A DNA stretch of 64,000 nt. Origin: Methanotrichaceae archaeon (GTDB taxonomy: Archaea > Halobacteriota > Methanosarcinia > Methanotrichales > Methanotrichaceae). The DNA lies in NCBI GenBank assembly GCA_963813075.1, contig CAWEXU010000030.1, positions 1 through 64,000 on the forward strand, written 5' to 3'. Below, piece by piece: positions 20,101 through 30,600 of the stretch; the stretch's first letter is position 1, and each line of letters starts with the position of its first letter. The notes beneath the pieces are model-generated. The model did no database searches and was not told the DNA's origin. It saw only the letters and a program-made list of their open reading frames with translations. Position numbers and translations under genes: made by a program.

Positions 20101-20475
20101 CTCCTGAATGGATTTGACTGAGGTGCCCAGCACCTCCACATTGAACTTCTCTAGAATTCCCTTCTCCGCCAGCTCGGAGGTGATGTTCAGCCCGGTCTGG
20201 CCGCCGATGCCGGCGATGATTCCATCCGGCCTCTCCCGCTCGATGATCTTGGCGACGATATCCGGCTCCAGGGGCTCGATATAGACCTTGTCCGCAGTAT
20301 CCGGATCGGTCATGATGGTGGCCGGATTGGAGTTGACCAGGACCACCTCAATTCCCTCCTCGCGCAGGGACTTGCAGGCCTGAGACCCGGAAAAATCAAA
20401 CTCCGCCGCCTGGCCGATCTGAATGGGTCCCGAGCCTATGAGAAGAACCTTATGTATATCCGCTCTTTTGGGCAT
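17196..20475 (-). CDS. carB: Carbamoyl-phosphate synthase large subunit (single frameshift near 18450)
   Basis: [23 protein letters not shown]; two ATP-grasp halves and an MGS domain across two ORFs. Confidence 0.97.
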
Positions 20476-20478
20476 ACT

Positions 20479-21636
20479 CTATCCCCTCCCCGGCACAGCC
20501 CGGTCATTTTTGCCATGCTTGTCATGCTTGCTATTCTTGCCATGCTTGCCATTCCGGTCATCCATGACCCGCACTACAGAGCTGAAGAAGTGATCGGTGG
20601 TGCAATGTGGCCCAGGATAGGCCTCAGGGTGATACTGCACCGCGATGACATCCAGGCTCTTACTCTGGATCCCCTCCACCGTGCCGTCGCTGGCGTTGAG
20701 CTGAGTGACCTCCAGGCCCGTCCCCTCCAGGGATGACGGAACCACAGCGAAGTTGTGGTTCTGAGAGGTGATGTAGACTATTCCCTTCTCCAGGTCCTTG
20801 ACCGGCTGATTGCCTCCATGATGGCCGAACTTGAGCTTGAAGGTCTCCGCCCCCAGGGCCAGGGTAATGGCCTGATGGCCCAGGCATATGCCGAATATGG
20901 GCATCTCTCCGGAGAAATGGCGCACGGCCTGGATGGCCTTCTGTGCCTTCTGCGGGTCCCCGGGGCCATTGGACAGAAACAGGGCATCGGGGTTAGCCGC
21001 TTCTATATCCTGGATCGTGCTGTGAGCCGGAAGCACCATCAACTCAAATCCCCTATCGGACAGGCTCCTCAGTATCCTTTTCTTGATCCCAAGATCGATC
21101 ACCGCGATCCTCTTGCCCCGGCCTTCAATCCGGTAGGGCTTTTTGCAGGTGACTTCCTTCAGGAGGTCCTGGCTGGATATGTCTGGCTGGGATCGGGCCA
21201 GACCCACCACATCCAGATCCGATATCTCCTCTTTTTCGCCCACGGCCACCGCCGCCCTCAGCACCCCCTGCTCTCTTACCTTTATAGTGAGCATCCTGGT
21301 GTCCACTTCGCACAGTCCGGGCCGGCCCTCATCCAATAAGAACTGATCAAGAGTCCTATTCAGGCGATGATGAGTCGGACGGTCCCAGTGCTCCCTGCAG
21401 ATCATGGCTCTTGGCCACATCCTGTCCGACTGAAAATCGTCCCCGCTCACCCCGTAATTTCCCTGGAGAGGATAAGTGAACATCAGCATCTCTCCATTAT
21501 ACGAGGGATCGGTCAGTGCCTCCTCATAACCGGACATGATGGTTGTGAAGACCAGTTCGCCCGCGACGACGCCGGGCGAACCAAAACCGGTACCTATCAC
21601 CCTTGTACCGTCTTCTAACCCTAAGAGCCCAATCAT
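20479..21636 (-). CDS. carA: Carbamoyl-phosphate synthase small subunit
   Basis: LEDGT..GELVFTT..GY.E.LTDPSY, SNGPGDP, GICLGHQ and QYHPEA; likely start MIGLL at 21636. Confidence 0.96.
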   Translation of the reverse strand: MIGLLGLEDGTRVIGTGFGSPGVVAGELVFTTIMSGYEEALTDPSYNGEMLMFTYPLQGNYGVSGDDFQSDRMWPRAMICREHWDRPTHHRLNRTLDQFLLDEGRPGLCEVDTRMLTIKVREQGVLRAAVAVGEKEEISDLDVVGLARSQPDISSQDLLKEVTCKKPYRIEGRGKRIAVIDLGIKKRILRSLSDRGFELMVLPAHSTIQDIEAANPDALFLSNGPGDPQKAQKAIQAVRHFSGEMPIFGICLGHQAITLALGAETFKLKFGHHGGNQPVKDLEKGIVYITSQNHNFAVVPSSLEGTGLEVTQLNASDGTVEGIQSKSLDVIAVQYHPEAYPGPHCTTDHFFSSVVRVMDDRNGKHGKNSKHDKHGKNDRAVPGRG

Positions 21637-21723
21637 ATTATCGGCAAAACAAGAAGCCAGGTCGTCTAAATACATTTCGATGATATCATCATCTTTTTTA
21701 ATCTTGAGCCCGTCATCTGAATT

Positions 21724-22068
21724 ATGGAAGTATCTATTGAGACCACGCGCAGCTCCGAGTTCAAGCAGGTCTATGCTATCGGGGCAATAGGCGGCCACAG
21801 CCCCTATGACTTCAGAATTGCCTTTTACAATGATTCTCCCAAGCCCCAGAAAGAGGGGGGAAAGAATATCACCGTCATGGAGAGAAAGATCGATATGGAG
21901 GTCATCTTATCCCCGCTGGCGGCCAAGGAACTGGCCAGATGGCTGGGAGAGCATATCAAGGACTATGAGAAGAAATTTGGAGAAATCAAGAGGCCAGGAG
22001 CAGTGGCTGGCGAGAAGGTTAACCCGGAAAAATCCGGAGAATCCGCCCCCATTCAGGGCTATATGTGA
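21724..22068 (+). CDS. DUF3467-like protein
   Basis: VYA.GA.GG.SPYDFRI.F..EVILSP.AAKEL..WL...IK.YE.KFGEI pattern. Confidence 0.75.
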   Translation: MEVSIETTRSSEFKQVYAIGAIGGHSPYDFRIAFYNDSPKPQKEGGKNITVMERKIDMEVILSPLAAKELARWLGEHIKDYEKKFGEIKRPGAVAGEKVNPEKSGESAPIQGYM

Positions 22069-22074
22069 TGGGCC

Positions 22075-22617
22075 ATGAACAGCAAAGAAAAGATTCAGCT
22101 TCACAAAGGAATGGACTGTGTCCGGAAAAGGGACTTTGAGAAGGCTCTAGAGTACTTCCAGATTGTCATCTCATCCAATCCGGATATACCAGAGGCCTGG
22201 AACAACCTGGGCGTAGCCCTTTACGGCCTGGGCCGGATCGATGAGGCTCTGGAGAGCTACGACCGATCTATTGCCCTTGATCCGAATAACCTTGATGCCC
22301 TGCGAAACCGTGCATTTCTGCTCCGGAACCAAAAGAGGCTACCTGAGGCCCTGGAGGTCTACGATACCATCCTGGAGAGGGGAGGAGATGCCATAGACCA
22401 GGAGTCCACAGCCGTTGTCCTCACCGCTATGGGGCGGCTGGAGGAGGCCCTCAACTGCCTTTACCTTGCCCGGGAGAAGCTCTCTTTGCCCCGCCTGGAG
22501 GAGGAGATAGAACTGGTGCAGAACAGGATCCAGGAAAGAGACGGCCAGAGCGGTGATAAGGCCGGAGAAGAGCCGGATAGCAATGCAGATATCCAGGCAG
22601 AGGGAATTAAGCCATAA
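22075..22617 (+). CDS. TPR protein
   Basis: AWNNLGVALYGLGR..EALESYD TPR units. Confidence 0.88.
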   Translation: MNSKEKIQLHKGMDCVRKRDFEKALEYFQIVISSNPDIPEAWNNLGVALYGLGRIDEALESYDRSIALDPNNLDALRNRAFLLRNQKRLPEALEVYDTILERGGDAIDQESTAVVLTAMGRLEEALNCLYLAREKLSLPRLEEEIELVQNRIQERDGQSGDKAGEEPDSNADIQAEGIKP

Positions 22618-22664
22618 GGAAAAAAGCTCTCCAAATCATCCACAGGACAGGGAGGTGAGAGGCT

Positions 22665-22898
22665 ATGAAGGGTTTCATAATGATCAATGTCGAGCCAGGG
22701 ACAGAGAAAGCAGTCCACGATCGCCTGGAGAAGATCAAAGGGATCTGTGAGGTCGTTCCCGTCTACGGCGAGAGGGATTTCATCGCTATAGCGGACGTGG
22801 AGGGCATCTCGGACCTCAACCGGGCAGTGATGAATGTAAGGGAGATAAATGGAGTGACAAATACTCAGACCATCCTGGGCATGGAGCTGAAGTTCTAG
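22665..22898 (+). CDS. Lrp/AsnC ligand-binding domain protein
   Basis: GFIMINVEPGTE..VYGE.DFIA..IN GV..TQT pattern; GGAGGTGA ribosome-binding motif upstream. Confidence 0.88.
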   Translation: MKGFIMINVEPGTEKAVHDRLEKIKGICEVVPVYGERDFIAIADVEGISDLNRAVMNVREINGVTNTQTILGMELKF

Positions 22899-22904
22899 GA
22901 CAGG

Positions 22905-24086
22905 ATGCAAATAACCAAGGTTTCCAGCGCGCTCTGGCCCCTATATCTGGCGGTATTCGTCGCCGTTTTGGGGTTCACTTTAGTCGCACCATTCTTTCCC
23001 AGCTACGTTATGGACCTGGGGGCGTCTTACACCCTGCTTGGGTTCATCATATCCATCTACGGAGCGTCGCAGCTGGTAGTCCAGGTGCCCATAGGCCGCC
23101 TCTCCGATAGGGTGGGCAGAAAGAAGCTAATGCTCCTCGGTCTGGTGACATTCGCCTTTCTGCCGCCGATGTACATCTATGCCCAGGACGCCTATACTCT
23201 GCTATTGATAAGAGCCCTGGGAGGAGTGGGCGCCGCTTTTGTCTGGCCCACCGCCATGGCGCTGATCATCGACCAATCAAAGACGCATAGCAGAGGAGCT
23301 GCTATGGGCTTTTATAATGCCTCCTTCTTCTCCGCCCTGGCTCTTGGACCGTTTATTGGAGGAGCGCTCTATGACCAGATGGGGCTTGAGGCACCCTTCT
23401 ATTTTTGGACCCTGCTGGCGATAGCATCTATCGCTATCGTCACCTTCAAGGTTCCGGAATCAAAGAGATATGTCCTCAATGAGAATGAGCAGAGGCCGAG
23501 AATAGACGAGCCGCTCATCGCCCCAGGATATCTGATCACATTTCTCGCCTGCTGCGCGGTCATCCTCTGGTCAGGGGTGGTGGGCGGCTTCAACATCACC
23601 CTTCTCCCTTCCTACGCCAGCACTCTTGGCTTCTCCACCACCGATATTGGGCTCATCTATCTGGTCTATGGAGGAATAACTGCCCTCTCCAACATCTACT
23701 TCGGCCGACTGGCAGACCGGGGGAGGAGAAGGTGGCTGATCTTCCTGGGCAGCCTGGCCGGCCTGATCTCCTTTGCGGGCCTTTTCATAGTGGCAAACCT
23801 GATCCAGGTCCTGGTTCTTTTTGCCGGCCTGGGGTTGGGCCTGGGCATATGCGGCCCGGCGGCTGCCGCCCTGGTGGCCGACACCACCAGCGCCTCTCGC
23901 CGGGGGGAGATTTACGGCATCTTCAATACCGCTCGCATGTCCGGAGTGGTGGTGGGGCCGATAGTTGCCGGACTGGCGGCGGACATGCAGGGGATAGATG
24001 GCGCTCTATATGCCTTCACTCTGATCGCCCTGGCGGTAACCGTGGGAGCAGTTGCCATCCGGGAGTCCGTTGAGGATGGCTCCTGA
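22905..24086 (+). CDS. MFS transporter
   Basis: About 12 hydrophobic segments; motif A GRLSDRVGRK. Confidence 0.93.
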   Translation: MQITKVSSALWPLYLAVFVAVLGFTLVAPFFPSYVMDLGASYTLLGFIISIYGASQLVVQVPIGRLSDRVGRKKLMLLGLVTFAFLPPMYIYAQDAYTLLLIRALGGVGAAFVWPTAMALIIDQSKTHSRGAAMGFYNASFFSALALGPFIGGALYDQMGLEAPFYFWTLLAIASIAIVTFKVPESKRYVLNENEQRPRIDEPLIAPGYLITFLACCAVILWSGVVGGFNITLLPSYASTLGFSTTDIGLIYLVYGGITALSNIYFGRLADRGRRRWLIFLGSLAGLISFAGLFIVANLIQVLVLFAGLGLGLGICGPAAAALVADTTSASRRGEIYGIFNTARMSGVVVGPIVAGLAADMQGIDGALYAFTLIALAVTVGAVAIRESVEDGS

Positions 24087-24189
24087 CTGAGAGCATCAGG
24101 GATTATTTAGCACAAAAAAAAGATATGGTCCAGGGGTCAACTTCCTGGCCCGCCTGGCCCATTTAGGATTCGATCCGCTCGGGAGGCCC

Positions 24190-24582
24190 TCAAATGCTCA
24201 AATTAGTCCAGGAGCTCTTGCCGCCCACCCGGAAAGAGGATTTATCTATTGCATACAGCAGATTGTTCTCAGCATGGCCGTCGTAGGTCGGAGAGGCCAT
24301 GAAAGAAGAGGTCCCCTGGCCAATGCTGCCGATCTTTACGGTGTTGGAGGCATTGGTGTAATTGACTGGAATGGCACGCAGATGGAAATCCTCGCCCAGA
24401 GTGGAGAAATACTGAAATCCAGCGATCTTGGAGAGGGCAGTGTCAGTGAGATTGAAGCCCGAATTGGCGGAATGATAGGGCGAGATCGGAAAGGACAGAG
24501 GATCATCATAAAGCCACGTCGTTCCGATAGCGGTCCCGGCCAGCATGAGGAGCATGGCAGCTCCTATCAGATATTTTATCAT
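24190..24582 (-). CDS. Secreted hypothetical protein
   Basis: Signal peptide MIKYLIGAAMLLMLAGTAIG. Confidence 0.7.
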   Translation of the reverse strand: MIKYLIGAAMLLMLAGTAIGTTWLYDDPLSFPISPYHSANSGFNLTDTALSKIAGFQYFSTLGEDFHLRAIPVNYTNASNTVKIGSIGQGTSSFMASPTYDGHAENNLLYAIDKSSFRVGGKSSWTNLSI

Positions 24583-24687
24583 GAGTCGTTCTTGCTGACA
24601 TAAGAGAGATTTAAATCTATCTGAATTGTGAAAATCAAAAAAAGGGATGGGCATCTTGCCTTGCCCATCCAGGCAGACGGGACTGAT

Positions 24688-27600
24688 TTATGGTGTCCTT
24701 CCGATGTTGACCGCAGGCCTAGCCACCATCACCAAATCCCGCAGCTCATATCCCTGGCCCAATGCGCTATCGTAGGCATTGGCAGGGGCGTGCTTTCCGT
24801 CTCTGACATATGCATAGACCTTGTAGATGCCAGCATCAGTGGGAGCACTGGCCCAGGTCCACTGATTCTTGACAGACCAGCTCTGCACTACCCTCCAGAC
24901 ATTGCCGGTGGAGGGGCCCTTCAGCCAGAACTGATACTGCAGGGGATCCTTTTCCGCATCAAGTGCAGTGGCGGTCCACCTTACCGCCGTCCCGGCCCCT
25001 TGCGGGCTGGGGCGGTCGGCCTTCAGTGCAGTCAGAACCGGCGGCTGATTGGATATCAGCTGGAAGGATGAGCCCAATGCGCTATCGTACCCGGTGTCAG
25101 GGTAATGCCAGCCGTCTCTGGCATAGACGTAGACCGTGTAAACTCCGCCGTCGTTGGGCATGCTGGTCCAGGTCCACTGGTTGGCCAGGGACCAGTCCTG
25201 GGCTATCTGCCAGACATTGTCGGTGGAGGGGCCTTTCAGCCAGAAGCGGTAGTATACCGGATCTTTATCCGCGTCGATCGCCGTAGCCGTCCACTTGATA
25301 GGAGTGCCAGCGCCCTGGGGGCTGGTTCGGTCGGCCTTCAGTGCGGTCAGCACCGGCTGCTGGTTGGGGGCCAGGATGAAGGGTGCCCCCACTGCGCTAT
25401 CATATCCGGTCTCAGGGTTATGCCGGCCATCTCTGACATAGACATAGACGGTATAAGCTCCGCCATCGGACGGCAGGCTGGCCCAGGTCCACTGATTCCG
25501 GTAAGACCAGTCCTGCACTATCTTCCAGCTGTTTGCTGTAGAGGGACCCTTCAGCCAGAACCGGTAAAGCAGCGGCTCCATATCCGGATCCGATGCAATT
25601 GCCGTCCAGGTCACGGGGATTCCCGCCTTCACAGAGCTGGGCTTGTCTGATCCAAGAGAGATCAGATTGGGGGGCAGATTCTGCCGCAGCACTGTGAACA
25701 GCGCTCCAGCATCATCGTCCCATCCGGCCGGGCTGGCATGGAGGCCATCCCTCACCTGCAGCTTGATCTCACTGGTGCCCGCATCAGCAGGCGTTGTCGG
25801 CCAGGTCCAGGTCGGATCGGTGGACCAGTCACGCACCACTCGCCAGAAGCCGCCAGTTGAGGGGCCTCTCATCCAGTACCTGAAGAAGAGCGGATTGCCC
25901 TCCGGGTCGCTGGCGGTGGCCGCCCATCTGATGGTAGCGCCCACTGGCTGTGCGCTGGGCAGATTTGTGCCCAGGCTGGTGATTACAGGAGGCAGGTTCA
26001 GATTCATGATGAAGAAGCTGCCCACCTGATAGTCATCCGAGTAGGCAGGTCCGGAGTGCTTGCCGTCCCTGACTGCTACCAGAACCTCGCTGTAGCCGAC
26101 GTCAGCAGGCGTGGTCCTCCAGATCCACTGGTTATTCTTTCCCCAGCCGGTCATGTCCACCCAGAATCCGCGGGTGGCGGGACCGCGCAGGAAGAACCTA
26201 TACTGCAGGGGGTCTCCGTCCGGATCTGCGGCAATGGCCGTCCATTTGATCCAGCTTCCTGCATACTGCGGCTCGGGCCGGTCAGTGTACAGGACCTGCA
26301 CTCTAGGCGGCAGATTGGCGCCGGTCAGGCTAAAGGTGACGGTCTTCATAACGTCATAGCCGCCAGGACCGGAATGCTCTCCATCCCTGATCCAGACCTC
26401 AACCTCATACTTGCCGGCAGGATAGCCGAGGGTGTTCCAGGTCCAGACACTTCTGCTGCTGTAGCCGGTGTCCAGGTTGACTCCCGGTCCCCTCACCAGG
26501 AATCTGTACTGGAGAGGATCGAGGTCGTCTGCCCTGGCCGTCCAGATGATCGGGGTACCAGACCTCTGGGGGCTGCTCTTGTCCGGGATCAATGTGGGAT
26601 TGGCAGGCAACGGATTCCAGTTGCCGAAGTCCTTTCCAGCCACGCTGGGAGTGGATGCATCCAGGGTGACGGTAAATGAGCCACTCGCCGGTGCCTTCTG
26701 CTCCCATCCAGGCTGCTGAATCTCCCGGATGGTATAGGTTCCAGTAGCGACATCCGTGAAGCTGTAAGATCCGTCAGCCTCGGTGGTGGCAACCGCTATA
26801 ACTCCTCCAGCGGCCGGCTCCAGGTTGATCTTCCAGCCGCCCATTCCAGGCTCGCCTGGATCCCTGGCCCCGTTGCCGTTGGTGTCGCTGTACTTCACTC
26901 CGGAGATGGATTGGGCACCCAGTCTATTCCCGAAGTCGTTGTTCTTAGCCTCCCTGGGAGGTACTCTTACATCGAAGACTATGCTGTGGCTTCCCGCCGC
27001 CGGAGCGGTCTGGGTCCAGCCAGTCCTCGAGGTCTCGCTAACCTTGTAGCTGCCCGGAAGCAGCCTCTCGAACTTGTAGTTGCCGTTATTGTCCGTGGTG
27101 GCGGTAAGAGCGGGAAGCGGCTTGCCATACCAGGTGCTTCCGGTCAGGACCATCTCCCAGCCGGGCAGCCCCTTCTCACCGGTGTTCTTGATGCCGTCGC
27201 CATTCAGATCCTCGTATTTCACTCCCGAGATGACGTTGGCCCCGCATAACCCGAAGTTCGCATTGGTGACCACAACGGTCTTGACGGTCACGGTAATGGT
27301 GGACGAGGTAGTCAGGACCAGTCCTGCCGGCACGGGATCGTTTATGGTGTAGGTCCCGGGCAGGACGTTCTCGAAGCTGTACAATCCGTTCTCATCGGTG
27401 GTGGTATTGGCTACAACCTTGCCGCTTTCGACCAGGCTCACTGCCCCACCGGGAATGCCGGGCTCATCCTCATCCTGCAGGCCGTTGCCGTTGATGTCAT
27501 AATACTTCTGGCCGGATATGGATAGGCCGCCGCTGTTGGCAAAGTCCTTGCCGAGAACATCGGCATCTTTGAGTTCCACCGCCCAGGGGCCTTCAGGCGC

Positions 27601-30600
27601 TATCTGAGCGATTCCCTCCTGGGCAACCTGGCTTATGCTGTAGGTTCCAGGAGCCAGATTGCGGAAGGCGTAAGAGCCGTCTTCAAGGGTGGTGGTGGCA
27701 TTGATGACGCTACCGTCGCGTGATAGCTGAATGGCCACTCCTGCCTGGCCGGTCTCGCCCTCGTCCCTGACGCCGTTGCCGTTGCTGTCCAGGAAGCTGG
27801 TTCCCGATATGGCAAATGAGCCGTGGTTGCCGAAGTTTATGTCTATTACATCCCCGTCCTCCAGCTCCACGGTGTAGGAGCCTTCAGGAGGTGCGGTCCT
27901 GGTCCAGCCAGCCTGCTCGACCTCGGATACGGTGTAGCTTCCCGGAGATAGCTCCGCGAATTTATAGGAGCCATCCTTTTCCGTGGTGATGGTGCTGGTC
28001 ACACTGCCGCCTATGGAGAGCTCAATTGTCCAGCCCTCCATTCCCGGCTCGCCGTCGAAGGCACCGTTGCCGTTCAGGTCATTGAACTTCTTGCCGGATA
28101 TGCTGTAAGAGACAAGCTCATTTGCGAAGTTCAGGTCCGGAACATCAGCCTCTGAGAGCTCTACGCTAACAGATCCGCCTTCGGGGGTTATAGCTACCCA
28201 GCCGGTGGGCAGGGTCTCGCTAACGGTGTAGCTTCCGGCCTCAAGATCCTGGAAGCTGTAGGACCCATCCTCTCGGGTTAAGACGCTAACCTGGCTTTGG
28301 TCCGGTTTGGTGATCTGAACGGTCCAGCCGGATAGGGCCTCGCCGCTGTCAGCCACACCGTTTCCGTTCTTGTCCTGGTATACCAGGCCCGAGAGGTTCA
28401 ACTTGGGCTCGGCAAGGGTGAAGTAGCCGGAGTACTCTCCGTCAAAGCCATCTTGGCCAGAGTGCTTTCCATCTCTGACCTGAACTTTCACCTGATTCTC
28501 TCCCCGATCTATTGAGGAGGTCACCCAGGCCCAGGTAGTATCTGAAATCCATTCCGTCTTTGGCTCCCAGGCTCCGTTTGTTGCCGGTCCATTGAGGAAG
28601 AACCGGAAGAGCAACGGATCCAGATCCACGTCAGTGGCATTGGCGGTCCAGGTAACTGTGACCCCTGGCCTCTGGGGGCTGATGACATCCGGAATCAGAG
28701 AGTTCAGTACAGGAGTCTGGTTCTCCACCATCGGAGCTACGACCTCTATATCCTCTTCAGATACCTCTTCGGTCAGGTTCTCGGTTATGTTCTCCGGTGC
28801 TACTGGAGTGGTGATGTTCTCAGTCACTGGAGGAACCAGTGTCTCCTCTGGGATCTCCACCACTTCCGTCACATTCTCGGCCTCTGCGGTTACATTGGCA
28901 GAAGCTGTCACATTGCCAATGGCTGTGACATTCTCCTCCGCGGTGACATTGGCGGAAGCTGTCACATTGATCTGTTCAGTGACGTTTTCCTGAGCTATCT
29001 CCTCCGCTGGTGCTTCTGCAAAGGGAGCTTCCTCCTCGAGAGGCACTATGACGAACTCGGAGCTTCTGTTTCCGCTCTCGCCCACTGGCCCCTCATGCTT
29101 ATCGTCCCTGACCTCGACTGTGATCAGGAAGGGGCCTGCCTCGGATGCTGTCCAGGCGAACTTGTTCTCCGTCTGCCAGTCGGTGAGTGCAGTATCGTTG
29201 GCCAGGAAACGGTAAGATACGGGATCATTTTCCGGATCGCTGGCAACTGCAGTCCAGGTGATTATGCTTCCCAGGACCTGGGGGCTTCCCAGATCTGCCG
29301 AAAGCTCAGTGATGCTGGGTGCTTCATTCGGCTCAGCAGCGACCTGTTCGACCGCGGGGGCCTCAACCACCTCTGCAGTCTCTTCTTCAGCCACAACTTC
29401 TGCCTCCGGTGATTCTGGCAGAGGTGCGGTTATGGCAAATTCGTTGCTTATGCTTCCGGTTTCCGCCGCAGGCTCATCGTGCTGGCCGTCTTTGGCCTGC
29501 ACTGTGACCCGAGCCGTTCCGGCTTCGGTGGCCGTCCAGGCGAACCGATTCTCTGCCTGCCAGTCGGTGACAGGGGTATCGTTGACCAGGAAGCGGTAAG
29601 ATATGGTGTCATTCTCCGGATCGCTGGCAGTTGCCGTCCAGTTGATCAGGCTTCCCATAACCTGGGGGCCTGCCAGGTCTGCGAATAGCTCATGATGCTC
29701 GGAGGCTGGTTGATCTCGACAATCGGCACTCGCTACGGCCTCAACCACCTCTACAGCCTCTTCTTCAGCCACAACTTCAACTGCAGGCTCAGGAACGATT
29801 ATGGCAAATTCGCTGCTTATGCTGCCGGTTTCCGCTGCAGGCTCATCGTGCTGGCCGTCTTTGGCCTGCACTGTGACCCGAGCCGTTCCTACCTGGGATG
29901 CTGTCCAGGTGAACTGATTCTCAGGCTGCCAGTCGGTGACAGGGGTATCGTTGACCAGGAAGCGGTAAGATATGGGATCATCTTCCGGATCGCTGGCAAC
30001 TGCGGTCCAGATGACTGGGGCTCCCAAAACCTGCGGGCTTGCCAGATCTGCAGTGAGAGATGCTACCTCAGGCGGTTTGTTTGGTACAGCCTCGACAACG
30101 AACTCCATCGTCCTTGAGCTATCGCCCTCTGGGTTGTGATTGTTATCTTTAGTCCGCACCTCGATCATATGCGAGCCGATGCTCTCGTTGGTGATTGTCC
30201 AGGTCCAGCTCGGGCTCTCAGCGAACTCGGTCTGAGCCACGCCATCAAGGAAGAACTGGTACTGCAGGGAGTCGTTCTCAGGATCGGATGCCGCGGCAGT
30301 GAAGATCACCGCTGCGCCCGCCACCTGGGGACTGGCCAGGTCTGCAGCCAGATCCACGACCTCTGGCGGGTTGTTTGGCACTGCAACAATCGCAAACTCT
30401 GCTGTCTTTGAGCTATCGCCCTCAAGGTTGTGGTTGTTATCTCGGGTCCGCACCTCGATCATGTGCGATCCAATGCTATCAGCAGTGGTAGTCCAGGTCC
30501 AGCTCGGGCTCTCAGCGAACTCGGTCTGAGCCACGCCGTCCAGGAGGAACATGAACTCTAATGGATCGCTCTCAGGATCAGATGTCGCGGCAGTGAAGGT

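Noticed and set aside
21637..21798. Long N-terminal extension of CarA in the ORF track
   Set aside because: It overlaps the divergent 21724 gene; homology starts at MIGLLGLEDG (21636).
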